Source: Acidimicrobiia bacterium (GTDB lineage Bacteria > Actinomycetota > Acidimicrobiia > Spongiisociales > Spongiisociaceae). Taken from it: DNA of 64,000 nucleotides. Shown here piece by piece: positions 8,511 to 18,933 of this stretch. The DNA is taken from the NCBI GenBank assembly GCA_011523635.1, contig WTGI01000077.1, forward strand, positions 1,006-65,005, given 5' to 3'. The translations under genes and the position numbers were made by a program. Under the pieces are notes generated by a model. The model made no database searches and was not told the DNA's origin. It worked only from the letters and a program-made list of their open reading frames with translations. The first letter of the stretch is position 1, and every line of letters starts with the position of its first letter.

Positions 8511-9667
8511 AACTCACCCTGGAACGCACGCTGCTGTAGCGAAGCGAACAGCCTGTCGCATCGCCGGGATGAGCGATTGAGGACATCTCGCTGCCGCGCG
8601 ATCATCCTCAAGTAAGACTCGAACTGTCGCTGAAGCTTGAGCGCAGGAATCGGGATCTTGATTTCCTTGAGGATTGCTTGGTTAATCTTGTGTGTCCCGT
8701 TGGTAGTTCGCGCAGCACTCTCGATCTGACGACGAACGATTGGCGTATTCCAGACTCGACTAAGAAAGTCTCGCGAAATCAACTCAGAATCACACCGAGC
8801 AGCGATCATCGTATCAGGAAAGGCGACATCGGGGAGACTTTGTTGTGGATACTTCCCTCGCCCAACCAGAAACAGATTTCCGTTGCCACGACAAATGAGA
8901 AACAGGTCTGCTGAAACTGTCTGCTGCACGACATGAGGCCTAACAAAAGTGCTGTTCTTGACTGCATCTGGATCAAAGGACAAACCAGTAATGGCTGAAA
9001 GGGTTAGTACTCGTCCTGGGAATTCACCTGACGTTGATGGTGACACTCCATTACGCAGTGGTTTCGTCATTAATGTCTCAAACCTTACTTGTCTAAGCGT
9101 CGTTAGATTATCGAACAGGTCGGCAAACACGGCTTCGACGAATCTGTCGAGCTTGGCGAGGGCCTGGCGGCGCTTCGCTCGAAGCGCCTCAGCCGCGTCT
9201 AACACCGCTGCGATACGCCGCTGCTCCTCTAACGCCGGCAAGGAGATAGGAATGTCGGCGACGTACGATGGCCTGGCGCGAAGCAATGATCCTCCGACCC
9301 CTGCGACGGTCTGGATAAAGGCATGATGAAATCGATCGGACACCAGTACATAGCGCAAGTACGCAGGATCGAAGCGATCACTCCGGAAGATGATCCATTC
9401 GCTCGACCCGATGGCCGGCCGATCAGAGCCCAGCTCTACAACCCATGCGCGTCGAATGTGCGGGACAATCTTTGAGAGGAGGACGTCACCGCTCTCAAGC
9501 ACCTGTTTACGGGAGCCGACTTCCCTGCCACTAACGAGCTCGGGCACCTTGGCATCGAATGCTGGGATGCTGAAGAGTTCGAACTCATCATCGGGATTCT
9601 TGCGTGGATCGATGGAACGCGTTCTTGTTGACATCAGTTCACCAAGCGGTACGCTTGCGAAAGTCAT
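8507..9667 (-). CDS. hsdS: Type I RM specificity subunit with two target recognition domains
   Basis: Duplicated TRD architecture with conserved spacer helices (LPALEEQRRIAAVLD ... IPIPALKLQRQFESYL). Overlaps hsdM and hsdR by 4 nt each. Confidence 0.8.
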   Translation of the reverse strand: MTFASVPLGELMSTRTRSIDPRKNPDDEFELFSIPAFDAKVPELVSGREVGSRKQVLESGDVLLSKIVPHIRRAWVVELGSDRPAIGSSEWIIFRSDRFDPAYLRYVLVSDRFHHAFIQTVAGVGGSLLRARPSYVADIPISLPALEEQRRIAAVLDAAEALRAKRRQALAKLDRFVEAVFADLFDNLTTLRQVRFETLMTKPLRNGVSPSTSGEFPGRVLTLSAITGLSFDPDAVKNSTFVRPHVVQQTVSADLFLICRGNGNLFLVGRGKYPQQSLPDVAFPDTMIAARCDSELISRDFLSRVWNTPIVRRQIESAARTTNGTHKINQAILKEIKIPIPALKLQRQFESYLRMIARQRDVLNRSSRRCDRLFASLQQRAFQGEL

Positions 9668-11232
9668 GCCAACATTGCCTTAAGTTCGTCGACGCCTCTT
9701 AGGATTTCTGTCTCCAGGGCTGTGAGTTCGTCGAGGATCTGGGTTGGCGGTGGGTATTCGATTTCGTTGTAGATGATTTCTTTGTAGCGGTTGATGCTGA
9801 GGTCGTAGGCGTTGCTCACGATGTCGGACTTGGGTATGCAGAAGGACTGCTCGGTGCGGACACGTGACATCTCCGTAGTGGTGCGTTTCTGCCAGCGGGC
9901 GAGAACGTCGGGTAGGTTGTTCTTCTCATGCTCTTCATCGGTCAGCTCCCCCTCCGTGAGTACGCCGAGTTTGGCCTCGTCAAGTAGCGGGATGCGCTTG
10001 TCGTCGAGGCTGTAGCCGTCAGCCTCCAAGTCATAAAACCAGACATGGTCGGTGCCGCCAGAGTTGGTCTTGGTGAACAGCAGGATGGCGGTAGAGACCC
10101 CGGCGTAGGGTTTGAACACGCCGGATGGGAGCGAGACGATGCCCTCGAGCTTCTGGTCTTCAACCAGAATACGGCGAAGCTCTTTGTGAGCCTTGGTCGA
10201 GCCGAAGAGTATCCCATCGGGCACAATCACCGCCGCTCTTCCACCGGGTTTGAGGAGTCGCAAGAACAGTGTGAGAAACAGCAGTTCGGTCTTCTTGGTC
10301 TTGACGACCTTCAGGAGGTCCTTCGCTGTGCTCTCGTAGTCGAGCGAGCCTGCGAAGGGCGGGTTGGCCAGGATCAGGCTGTAGGACTCCGTGCCTCCGG
10401 CGTGGTCCTGGGCTAGGGAGTCCCGGTAGCTGATGTTGGGGTTCTGGACTCCGTGGAGCTGCATGTTCATCGACCCGATCCGGAGCATCGTGTTGTCGAA
10501 GTCATAGCCGGTGAACATCGTGCTGTGGAAATGTCGTGCCTTGACTGGGTCGGTCAACGCGATCGGATGTCGGTCACGGATGTGTTCGCCAGCCGCTACT
10601 AGGAACCCGCACGTCCCGCTTGCGGGATCGCAGATAGTGTCGTCTGGTTGGGGGGCGACCATTTCGACCATCAGCCGGATGATGTGGCGCGGGGTACGGA
10701 ACTGGCCGTTTTGCCCGGCTCTGGCGATCTTGGAGAGCATGTACTCGTAGACGTCACCCTTTGTGTCGCGGTCTGTCATCGGGATCGAGTCGAGACCGTC
10801 CACTGCCTTCTGCAGCAGCCCAGGGGTGGGGATCGTGAGACGGGCACCGCGCATGTGTTTGGCGTGAGTGCTCTCCTCCGCCCGCTGGTGCAGGAACGGG
10901 AAGACGTATCTCTCGACTACCTCGAACATGTCGGCCGCGGACATGTGCTTGAACCTCGACCAGCGAAGGTCACTGTACGGTCGGCCGTTGATGAGCCCTT
11001 CAGGCAGGAATTGTTGGCCCTTAGGGAAGATGACCACATCGATCGGCTGGCCGGTTCGGTTCGCTTTGTTCTCGGCGAGTGTCTGGCGTTCGTCGAGGGC
11101 CTTGATGAACAGCAGATAGGTGAGTTGCTCTATCACCTCGAGCGGGTTGGATATGCCACCCGACCAGAAGCTGTGCCAGACAGCGTCGATCTTGTTTCTG
11201 ACCTCACCGGTGAGCATTGGTTCCCACTTCAT
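9664..11232 (-). CDS. hsdM: Type I RM N6-adenine DNA methyltransferase
   Basis: HsdM N-terminal domain, motif I (DPASGTCGFL) and motif IV (NPPF in LILANPPFAGS). Confidence 0.9.
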   Translation of the reverse strand: MKWEPMLTGEVRNKIDAVWHSFWSGGISNPLEVIEQLTYLLFIKALDERQTLAENKANRTGQPIDVVIFPKGQQFLPEGLINGRPYSDLRWSRFKHMSAADMFEVVERYVFPFLHQRAEESTHAKHMRGARLTIPTPGLLQKAVDGLDSIPMTDRDTKGDVYEYMLSKIARAGQNGQFRTPRHIIRLMVEMVAPQPDDTICDPASGTCGFLVAAGEHIRDRHPIALTDPVKARHFHSTMFTGYDFDNTMLRIGSMNMQLHGVQNPNISYRDSLAQDHAGGTESYSLILANPPFAGSLDYESTAKDLLKVVKTKKTELLFLTLFLRLLKPGGRAAVIVPDGILFGSTKAHKELRRILVEDQKLEGIVSLPSGVFKPYAGVSTAILLFTKTNSGGTDHVWFYDLEADGYSLDDKRIPLLDEAKLGVLTEGELTDEEHEKNNLPDVLARWQKRTTTEMSRVRTEQSFCIPKSDIVSNAYDLSINRYKEIIYNEIEYPPPTQILDELTALETEILRGVDELKAMLA

Positions 11233-13432
11233 TCTCCGTTTCGATCATCGCGTTCCTCAAACTGAGGATGCCGGCCACGAGGCCTTCGCGGACCGTATCG
11301 TAGGTGGTGCGGCAAGCTTCGAGTGTCTCGTCGAATTGGGACATCTGCGTCTCGATAGCGGTCAGACAGGCGACGAGGGCTTTCTGTTCTTCGAGGGCTG
11401 GCAGGTGAACTTCGATGTCTTTGAGCGTGTCATGCCTTAGGTTGGCGATGACACTTCCTGTGGCAGCTCCTGCGAGGGCTGCTCTCCCCCGCCTGGATGT
11501 CAGATACAGCCTCAGGTAGTCAGGATCCAAGCGTCTCTGGTCAGGTCGGAGTCTGATCAGCCAGTTCGAGAACGATGCAGGAACATCGAATCTGACTATG
11601 GCGCACGCTACAGATCTGTGGCCATCGATCCCACGCGTCACAAGTAGGAGATCCCCTCGTCGGACCATCCGACCTCGAACATGGCCGAACGTGGACTCAG
11701 CAGGAACGTTGGCCAGGATCGGCTGTCCCTGGATAACCATTCCGGTTGTGACGTACGGCGTCGGATCGCCTTCGCCGCCTTCACGTTGCCGTATGCCAGG
11801 CAACGGATCAGTGATCAACAAGTCACCCAGGCGGTGATGCGAGAAACTTGGGCCATCCACCGGGTCGATTGCCGAGAGTTGCTGCCGGATCGTAGCCTCA
11901 ACTGTCGGGAGAGCCGCCAGACGCTCCTTGACGGTCGTTGTGAGACGTTTCTGCCGGGACCGGATCGGCTCACCGTTGATCTCCGTGATCTTCACCGCGT
12001 ACTGGATGTAGCGACTAGGGCCCAGTGCGCTGCCGTTTGCAACAATCTCGTCGGTGGTGCCGATGCCGCTGAACTGAGCTTCGGGTTCCAGCCGTCCGTC
12101 ACGCCACCGCTGTATCGTCCGTCCGATCTTGACTATCTCGGGTGGCTGGAAGCTACGCACTCCCCCTCTCTCGGGCGTTCCGAGTTGACGAGCATCGAGA
12201 AACAGAACCCTCCCGGCACGATTCACTCGGTCCTTCTGCAGAACCAAGATCGCAGTGGGTATAGACACCGACGTGAGCATCCCCGGCGGGAGGTAGAGGA
12301 CAGCATCCACGTAGTCGGCCTCTAACAGTCCCGTCCGGATTATGACCTCGGAGCGGCCACGTCTCGTCAAAGCGGTGGTCGGGAGCACAACAACTCCGAT
12401 ACCGGAGTCGGCGAGGTGGAACACAACGTGCTGAACCCAAGCAAGGTCAGCGTGCCCCTTCGGAGGTAACCCTAAGAACCACCGGGGATCACCGTCCATC
12501 TGCTCGACCGAGGCGAGACGGAGACCGAACGGAGGTTCGACAGCGATGCGGTCGGCTCTCAACTGCCAGAGACGATCATCGACCATCGTGTCACCGGTCA
12601 CGAGCTGGAAGGACGCGCCCTGCAACAGCAGGTGGAGGAACCCGAGCCTCCAGGTCTGCTCCCTGATCTCTTGACCATAGAGTTGGGTCACCGTATCCGA
12701 ATAGCGTTCCCATGTCGATCCCAGGAAGACAGCTCTGCCACAAGCTGGGTCGTAGACAGTTCCCTCAAGAGGTTCGAGCAAGGCTGTCATGATGTCGACA
12801 AGGCTTGGCCCACTATCGACGTTGCCCGCCTTAGCCCCACGACGCTTGGCGAAGTCTTCGAGGAGGACTGTTGAGGCATCCCCCCAGTCGGTTGAGCGGG
12901 GGTGGAAGTGACCAACAGTTTCGATCAGTCGAGTCCAGTCTGAAGGCCGCAACTGGCTCACAACAGACGACACCCTCAGCGCCCTAGCGAGGTCGGGGTC
13001 CGACATGGTCAGAGCGTCGGCGGTCGAGGAATACACCAGTCCGGGGTCGTTTGCTGCTTCGATCCGGCCCCAGGCACGTGCGAGCGGAGTCAGACGCTCG
13101 TATCGACCGGAAGCTGCCGCGCGCAGGGCGAATAGTTGCAGCAGGACCTCCGGAGTGTCGAACACACCGGGGAGATCGCGCACTGCATACGTAGCCTGTA
13201 ACACCGCACTCTCGATCGAGTCCTGTTCTGGAAGGTGGACACTCTTGCCCGCGGCTCGAAGCCACGCCACGATCTGAGCCCGGTCGAAGAGTCCTTCCTC
13301 AGCTTCTGTCGGGAAGTCCGGGTGGCGACGCTTCCAGTTCGACACCGCAGACGGTCTAACCCCAGCGAGTCTTGCGATCTCGGCACCTGTGATCAGGATC
13401 GGAGTTGATGGGTTTGTATCTGGGACCGTCAT
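11204..13432 (-). CDS. HTH + gamma-class N6-adenine MTase + TRD fusion protein (second, non-canonical M/S polypeptide)
   Basis: N-terminal HTH (ILITGAEIARLAGVRPSAVSNWKRRHPDFP). Motif I (YDPACGRAVFLG) and motif IV (VEPPFG). C-terminal HsdS-like TRD with LPALEEQKALV helix. First gene body of the operon after the NYN gene. Confidence 0.75.
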   Translation of the reverse strand: MTVPDTNPSTPILITGAEIARLAGVRPSAVSNWKRRHPDFPTEAEEGLFDRAQIVAWLRAAGKSVHLPEQDSIESAVLQATYAVRDLPGVFDTPEVLLQLFALRAAASGRYERLTPLARAWGRIEAANDPGLVYSSTADALTMSDPDLARALRVSSVVSQLRPSDWTRLIETVGHFHPRSTDWGDASTVLLEDFAKRRGAKAGNVDSGPSLVDIMTALLEPLEGTVYDPACGRAVFLGSTWERYSDTVTQLYGQEIREQTWRLGFLHLLLQGASFQLVTGDTMVDDRLWQLRADRIAVEPPFGLRLASVEQMDGDPRWFLGLPPKGHADLAWVQHVVFHLADSGIGVVVLPTTALTRRGRSEVIIRTGLLEADYVDAVLYLPPGMLTSVSIPTAILVLQKDRVNRAGRVLFLDARQLGTPERGGVRSFQPPEIVKIGRTIQRWRDGRLEPEAQFSGIGTTDEIVANGSALGPSRYIQYAVKITEINGEPIRSRQKRLTTTVKERLAALPTVEATIRQQLSAIDPVDGPSFSHHRLGDLLITDPLPGIRQREGGEGDPTPYVTTGMVIQGQPILANVPAESTFGHVRGRMVRRGDLLLVTRGIDGHRSVACAIVRFDVPASFSNWLIRLRPDQRRLDPDYLRLYLTSRRGRAALAGAATGSVIANLRHDTLKDIEVHLPALEEQKALVACLTAIETQMSQFDETLEACRTTYDTVREGLVAGILSLRNAMIETENEVGTNAHR

Positions 13433-14049
13433 GCCGCCACCTCCGGGGGTGCAAGATTGGGTAGGAGCCGCACGAACGTAGCGGCATTCGCAAGTCCACT
13501 CGAGAGGCTTCGCCCGCGTGATACCACCCCGACAGGCAGCCCGTGCGATCGGAATCTCGTGACCATCTCTTCGAAGATGCCGTCGCCCGATCCGATAATG
13601 ATTTGGTCATACCGTTCAGCTATGAAGCGGTCATCGTTCACCCAAGCCAGCAACGCAAGATCGGCTCCGTCCGGACCTCGACCTGACAGGACCCTGGGCG
13701 ATGGCCATGCGGCTTTGGTGATGGGGAGAAGTGCCGGATTGACAGCAACCACCACGTGATCTCCGTCGACCACCGAGGCTCCAGCCTTATAGAGGGCAAT
13801 GGCCTGGAGGAGCATGTGAGTACCCGTCCACGGACCACCCATCAGGTTCTCCAGGTCGACCAGATGCAGGGTCCGACCGGGGGGAACGTGCTGGGCCCGA
13901 GGGAAACGTCGCGGCGAAACCGCGTATAGGTGCGCGTAGCGCCGCCGCACGTCTCGGCTGTGAACAGTGCCTCTGAGTGGTTTGTGACTTAGAGTCATAA
14001 GGTTGACACTAGCGGGTCGCCCCACCGCTGTCAAGTGACTTCCATTCAC
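13429..14049 (-). CDS. NYN/LabA-like (PIN-fold) domain protein
   Basis: LHLVDLENL...GGP and ...QIIIGSGDGIFEEMV match the NYN acidic-residue pattern. 4-nt overlap with the MTase-TRD gene. Start is GTG 14049 or ATG 13998. Confidence 0.55.
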   Translation of the reverse strand: MNGSHLTAVGRPASVNLMTLSHKPLRGTVHSRDVRRRYAHLYAVSPRRFPRAQHVPPGRTLHLVDLENLMGGPWTGTHMLLQAIALYKAGASVVDGDHVVVAVNPALLPITKAAWPSPRVLSGRGPDGADLALLAWVNDDRFIAERYDQIIIGSGDGIFEEMVTRFRSHGLPVGVVSRGRSLSSGLANAATFVRLLPNLAPPEVAA

Positions 14050-14104
14050 ACTTCACCAGAACGGAAGACCGTCTCTCCAAATGGTCGCCCATAGCATCAT
14101 CGAA

Positions 14105-14152
14105 GCTGTGGGCCCGGCAGGACTCGAACCTGCACCCAACGGATTATGAGTC
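14105..14152. repeat. Direct repeat of the 3' end of tRNA-Met (att-site duplication)
   Basis: 14109-14152 tgggcccggcaggactcgaacctgcacccaacggattatgagtc matches 21306-21349 (1 mismatch) plus shared gctg flank, same orientation. Partner is the full tRNA at 21306-21379. Confidence 0.7.
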
Positions 14153-14818
14153 GGCATAAAACCCCAGCTAAAGTATAGTTTTCAGGTCAGTCCCATTCGA
14201 CTGACCCACAGGACACTAGGCATGGGCGGAGCCTTTCCCAGCAGAAACGCCAAGGCGCCCTCGGACTCCGCCCAGCCCGTCACATCCAGCCCCATAGTGG
14301 CACCCGGTGCTGGCGGCCGGCCTCATCCGCTCGCCGAGAATCGCGCACAACGGTGTCAAGGTCGACTTCGGCCCAGACCGCTCCGATCACCTCCCTGAGC
14401 GAACCGCTGTGACTATGGCGAACGATACGGCGAAGTACAGCTTCCGATGGACCGTTGATTGTCGGATCTGCTCTGGGCCATACGGAGACGTTGGGGATTT
14501 CCATAGCAAGCTCGGAGGTGTCCTGGCTCCCCGTTGTTTCGGCAGCGCGGTCAACGCGTCGCCTGCTTGGTTGTCGCGGCGGTATCCTGGGCGACGGCTA
14601 TTCCATGACGGCCGCGATAAGTGGCTGTACTCGTTTGGCTGTCGCCGGGCTGCTGTTCCTCGGGGCGAGGTGCGGTGGCAGTCGCAGATGAGTACCGACG
14701 TTTCCTGACTCGGAGGGCTGGGCTCGCTCTGTGCCTGAAGGCCGGCCAACCGGAATCGTGCTGGAGCACATCGCCATTCCTTGTGACTGATCGGCTCGAT
14801 GACAGATGGCCGTTGGCG

Positions 14819-17752
14819 ATGGCCGTTGGCGTGGATGCTTGCAGAACCGGGAGATACCGTGCCGTGACGAAGTCCGATTCGAAGCAACGTGGCAACATCG
14901 GCACGAGCGCAGTGTCCCTCAAATTCGAACGAGATCTCTTCTGGGGGACCGCGGACAATTCGCGAGATGATCGAGGCATCGACTTCTTTGCGCTGGCTCG
15001 TGACTCGTTGCTGGGCATGCGAGAGATTCCAATCGGGATTCAAGTCAAGACGGGCAAGTCGAGATTCGACAGAGCCAAGCGGCAAGCTGACGGCGACATC
15101 GAGGGCTGGTGGTACGAATCGAGCAAGCAACGCTTCAAGTACTGGGAGGAGTACGGCGTACCCGTACTGCTCGTTCTCCACAACGAGGACGACGATGTCT
15201 CGTTCTGGGTCCACGTTACACAGGACGCGTATGAGTCGACAGGCACGCGTGCCAAGATCCTGGTACCGCGACGTCAGACCATAAGCAAGCTTTGCAAAGA
15301 TCAGCTGCTCCGCATCGCCGACCGACATAGCGCGTCTCTGGCGCTCGAGGGAACAGTCCTCGCGGACAGCCTCGAAGGAGTCCCATCCGAGCGCCGAATG
15401 CGGTACGCGCTCGTCGTCCCCAGATTCATAGCGCCGCCCCCGCACGTGGCCAGAGAGCGCCCGATCGACGCGTGCGAAGCAGTCGCGCTTCTTGCCCAGG
15501 GCGACCTCCGCGTATTGGATGAGATTGTCGACAAGCACGACGAGGTGCCCAGGCCTGAGTCCCTTAACGCAGATGCAAGTTGGGATTGGCAGTTCACCGC
15601 CGCGATCTGGGATTGGTTGGTAAGCCAATCGATAGACAAGCTGAAGAACATCTACGAAACTGCCCCCGAGGGTCACAGCGCGGCTGCGAGTGGTGTGCTG
15701 CTTGCCTGCGCTTTGGGCCGTCGAGAACGCCACGAAGACGCCGTCGCGGTCCTCTATGGACTCATCCGGCGCGGCGATCCTGACGCCCTCGACCGCGCAT
15801 GGGTCCTCGCACAGCGCGCCCGGTGGCACGCTGACCTCGGCAACTTCGATGCCGCCCAATCCGACGCTGCCGATGCGCGCCGATTGCTCGACGGCGTTCA
15901 CAACGACGCCCTAGTCTCCGCGCCCATGGTCTCGGCGCTCCTCGCATCAGCCACACGGACGATGAACGTCATAGCCGCGACGAGGCGCTTTCGAGACCGT
16001 TCCTCGGATGCTGAGTCCACCGACCTGTGGATTGCTGAGCAACAAAAGGCCTACCTTGAACTGTTGAAGGCATCTGACACCACCGTCTCATGGTGGCGCG
16101 CCAGGAACGTTGCCTCAGCATTGGGGCGAGCGCAAGACGCCAACTTCGAGTCATGGGTAGAGGACAACCCACCGCAATACGTAGGCGGAAGTCCAATGCC
16201 AGAAACGAAGCTCTTGGCCGCCGAGTTCAACGCCGACATCACGGGTGAGCATGGGTCCTGGCGAACACTCTCAGCCCGCCGCGGAGTTCAGAACCTCTTA
16301 CGTGCTGCGTCCTTACCCGATACAGCAAGGGAGTTAGGAGAAGGCCTCGACACCGTGCGACGCAGTGGCGACTCGAACCGCTTCACCAAGGCAACTCACC
16401 ACCTACTCAGAACCGGTCCACTAGCGGCCGTTGCTGCCTCGGTCCGGAAGGTCCCCACAGCGGGATGGACCCACACAACAGCGAAGACGAACTTCGACGC
16501 CCTAGCACTAGCAGGGGATCTCATCGACCAATCCGTTGCTGACCAACTGCTCGAACAGTGCGCCCGCGCGGCGTGCGGAGAAACGACAGCGCTTGGCTGC
16601 ATACAAGACGACGGGTACTTCAGCCTTCCCGCGTTTGCTACGGAAGCAGCAGCTGGTGTACTCCCAGCCGCGTCCGCCAGCTCGCACGACAGCTTCACCG
16701 GTTACCTAGCCAAGCTACCGGAAGTCGAGCCAGGCTTCTTCCTTCGTGGTCTTGAACGAGCGCTGTCGTTCTTGGACTACACGCAAATCGGTCAGGAGAA
16801 TCGACGAGGGTTGCTCGCGCTCTCTGAACGAGGACATGCCCAGCTAAGTGCCGCCGTATGGGGCTGGTTCGCGAGTCACGGTGACTCTGCTGCTATACGT
16901 TCGCTCATACGAGCTGCTGCGCAGGGCGACATCTACGCACTCGCCGAAATCGAGGACCCGTCGGTATTCAATGAGTCCGAGAGTGCCGCGCTCATGGACA
17001 CTCTTGCGCAACGTGTAGATCAGGCTCACGCTGACGCCCTCACTGGTGCGGGCAGCAGCTGGAACAGTGCGTTCTGTCATGCGCTCACTCGACTGAATCT
17101 CACGATCCCCAGCAGTGCCCGTTGGGAACCGGTGATCACCCTTCTCGGCGAACCGCGCTCCTTCGTCGAAGACAAGGCCGCTATCTGTAGAGCCCTGGGC
17201 ACCGACGCTCAACAAATACCGGAGGACGTGCGCGATCAACTCGCCGCTCTCGTCGACGTCGCAGCATCGGCGTCGGCCTCGTTCTGGCCAGGTGCAGAAG
17301 CAGCGGGAATCGAGATCAGGCTCAAGATCGCTTTGGCACTAGTCGACGAGAGCGAAACCGACAGAGCCCTTGTTCGACTCGCACTGGGCTCACATCAGGA
17401 ACGTCGAGACGCCTGCTTGATACTACGATCGTCAGCTTGTGCCAGTCGTCGACTGTTACTGGAGTTCCTGTATCGGGACGCCAACTTCACTGTGCGCTAT
17501 CAGGCCGCCCAGACAGTCGCCCACCTTGTTGCCACCGAAGCGAGCGATGCCGACATTGACCTCGCGTGGAAGGTGGTCCGCGACGACGGGCGCCACCTAC
17601 CGATTGCCCTCCTTCAGGGGTTCGCGGCGGCTCCAGGTGTTCCCGCACCGATCGCCCAAGAAATCAGTAACTCCTTTGAGCATCACCCCTCCGCAATAGT
17701 TCGGCACCACGCCGCACAACTTCAGCAACTCTCCTCCGCCGAGCCCCATTAG
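14819..17752 (+). CDS. DUF4365 (PD-(D/E)xK-like) N-terminal domain fused to long alpha-helical HEAT/TPR-like region
   Basis: N-terminus ...GNIGTSAVSLKFERDLFWG...DDRGIDFFAL...IGIQVKTGKSRFD...YWEEYGVPVLLVLHN matches the DUF4365 pattern. Rest is ~800 aa of Ala/Leu-rich helical repeat. Alternative upstream start 14621. Confidence 0.6.
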   Translation: MAVGVDACRTGRYRAVTKSDSKQRGNIGTSAVSLKFERDLFWGTADNSRDDRGIDFFALARDSLLGMREIPIGIQVKTGKSRFDRAKRQADGDIEGWWYESSKQRFKYWEEYGVPVLLVLHNEDDDVSFWVHVTQDAYESTGTRAKILVPRRQTISKLCKDQLLRIADRHSASLALEGTVLADSLEGVPSERRMRYALVVPRFIAPPPHVARERPIDACEAVALLAQGDLRVLDEIVDKHDEVPRPESLNADASWDWQFTAAIWDWLVSQSIDKLKNIYETAPEGHSAAASGVLLACALGRRERHEDAVAVLYGLIRRGDPDALDRAWVLAQRARWHADLGNFDAAQSDAADARRLLDGVHNDALVSAPMVSALLASATRTMNVIAATRRFRDRSSDAESTDLWIAEQQKAYLELLKASDTTVSWWRARNVASALGRAQDANFESWVEDNPPQYVGGSPMPETKLLAAEFNADITGEHGSWRTLSARRGVQNLLRAASLPDTARELGEGLDTVRRSGDSNRFTKATHHLLRTGPLAAVAASVRKVPTAGWTHTTAKTNFDALALAGDLIDQSVADQLLEQCARAACGETTALGCIQDDGYFSLPAFATEAAAGVLPAASASSHDSFTGYLAKLPEVEPGFFLRGLERALSFLDYTQIGQENRRGLLALSERGHAQLSAAVWGWFASHGDSAAIRSLIRAAAQGDIYALAEIEDPSVFNESESAALMDTLAQRVDQAHADALTGAGSSWNSAFCHALTRLNLTIPSSARWEPVITLLGEPRSFVEDKAAICRALGTDAQQIPEDVRDQLAALVDVAASASASFWPGAEAAGIEIRLKIALALVDESETDRALVRLALGSHQERRDACLILRSSACASRRLLLEFLYRDANFTVRYQAAQTVAHLVATEASDADIDLAWKVVRDDGRHLPIALLQGFAAAPGVPAPIAQEISNSFEHHPSAIVRHHAAQLQQLSSAEPH

Positions 17753-17871
17753 GTGGAGCTGGGCCCCTGATCTCCATCTTGCGGTCAACGGTTCTGGTCC
17801 ACCTTGACGGCTCGTGAACCGGTCCAATGCCGACCCGACAATCTGTCTGCGACAACGTGTAGACCGTCAAT

Positions 17872-18759
17872 GTGGAGGCTGGAAATGCACGGGCCGGCCT
17901 AGGCGCTCCTTCCAGTCACCGCAACGCAGGGTCGCGCATCTCATCCGGGTACTTCCCAGACGTGATGCTCTGCCGTGGTTCCGTCCTCTCAAGGTCCGGA
18001 GCCTGTGTAGTCCTCGGTGGGCTCACCGAGGACGTTCGCCCACACCTGCGAAACGCGAGCGCGATCCTGCATGGGTATATTTGCTCGGTGGCTTCGACGG
18101 ATGAGTTCACCGCATTGCGCCGCAGAGTGATGCGGCGATGCGTATACGCCCTGAATGCCTTGGCGTTGCGCGATGATCGGGTGCCCCGTGACGGTGCATT
18201 CGATGCAGCAGCGGCGAATGCACTTGCAGCCATTGTCGCTTACATGGCTAGCGGGCGTGAGTACAAGAGCAATGGCAGTTGGGTTCAACCGCCGACGGCG
18301 TTACTGGCAATTGTCAGGCGAGAACCTGAGATCAAGACGGATACTCTAAACAATTCTGAATTGCATACGCTGGGGGAGGGAATAGAGAAGGCCAAGTTGA
18401 TCCGGCATGGTCGAGCTGACGAAGAGTGGGATGTGCTGAATAAGAGACATGTTGATGCGTTGATTTCACTAGATCAACATCCTGCTCTTCAGGTCTTGGA
18501 GATCGTCGATGGACTGGACTTTACACAAGCAGCCGTCGAACTCTACAGGACGGAAACTGAGGAGCTAATGCCATTCAGCCCTAAGGAACGCTCAATGGTA
18601 CCTGAGCCTTCAGAATGCGACTACTGCGGACGCATGACTCTTATCACCGAGGGATCCGATGTGTTCGGCTTCGATCCAGGCGAGGGAACCTGCATCGCCT
18701 GCGGTAGAGAAAGAACCTATGACGACACGGTTCACGACTACGCCTGGAGGGTGCGATAA
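17872..18759 (+). CDS. hypothetical protein with C-terminal CxxC...CxxC zinc ribbon
   Basis: CDYCGRMT...CIACGRE at the C-terminus. Co-directional with neighbours. No recognisable family. Confidence 0.4.
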   Translation: MEAGNARAGLGAPSSHRNAGSRISSGYFPDVMLCRGSVLSRSGACVVLGGLTEDVRPHLRNASAILHGYICSVASTDEFTALRRRVMRRCVYALNALALRDDRVPRDGAFDAAAANALAAIVAYMASGREYKSNGSWVQPPTALLAIVRREPEIKTDTLNNSELHTLGEGIEKAKLIRHGRADEEWDVLNKRHVDALISLDQHPALQVLEIVDGLDFTQAAVELYRTETEELMPFSPKERSMVPEPSECDYCGRMTLITEGSDVFGFDPGEGTCIACGRERTYDDTVHDYAWRVR

Positions 18760-18933
18760 CTACTTACATCGCTGCCCATTGGGCTGCCCATCGCTGATGT
18801 CCAGTCAAGTGCACCGGCTCAAGCCGTGGCTAACGTGGCCCGCTGCCGTGCCCCAAGTTCAAATGCGTCCTACGACAGACCACAACCAAGCATTTTGAGG
18901 CTGCGTGAGGCCGACCCGTCTTGGTGATCTCCA

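Noticed and set aside
14806-14831. 13-nt perfect tandem duplication atggccgttggcg x2 at the start of the DUF4365 gene
   Set aside because: Real in the sequence but tiny. It simply creates two out-of-frame ATGs and probably reflects local slippage. Noted only as a caveat for start-codon choice (14819 vs 14621).
14387-15901. 504-aa minus-strand ORF overlapping the start of the DUF4365-HEAT gene
   Set aside because: Translation is Arg/Ala/Ser-rich and low-complexity with no recognisable domain. It lies antisense to a plus-strand ORF that has a clear DUF4365 match. Typical high-GC antisense artefact.
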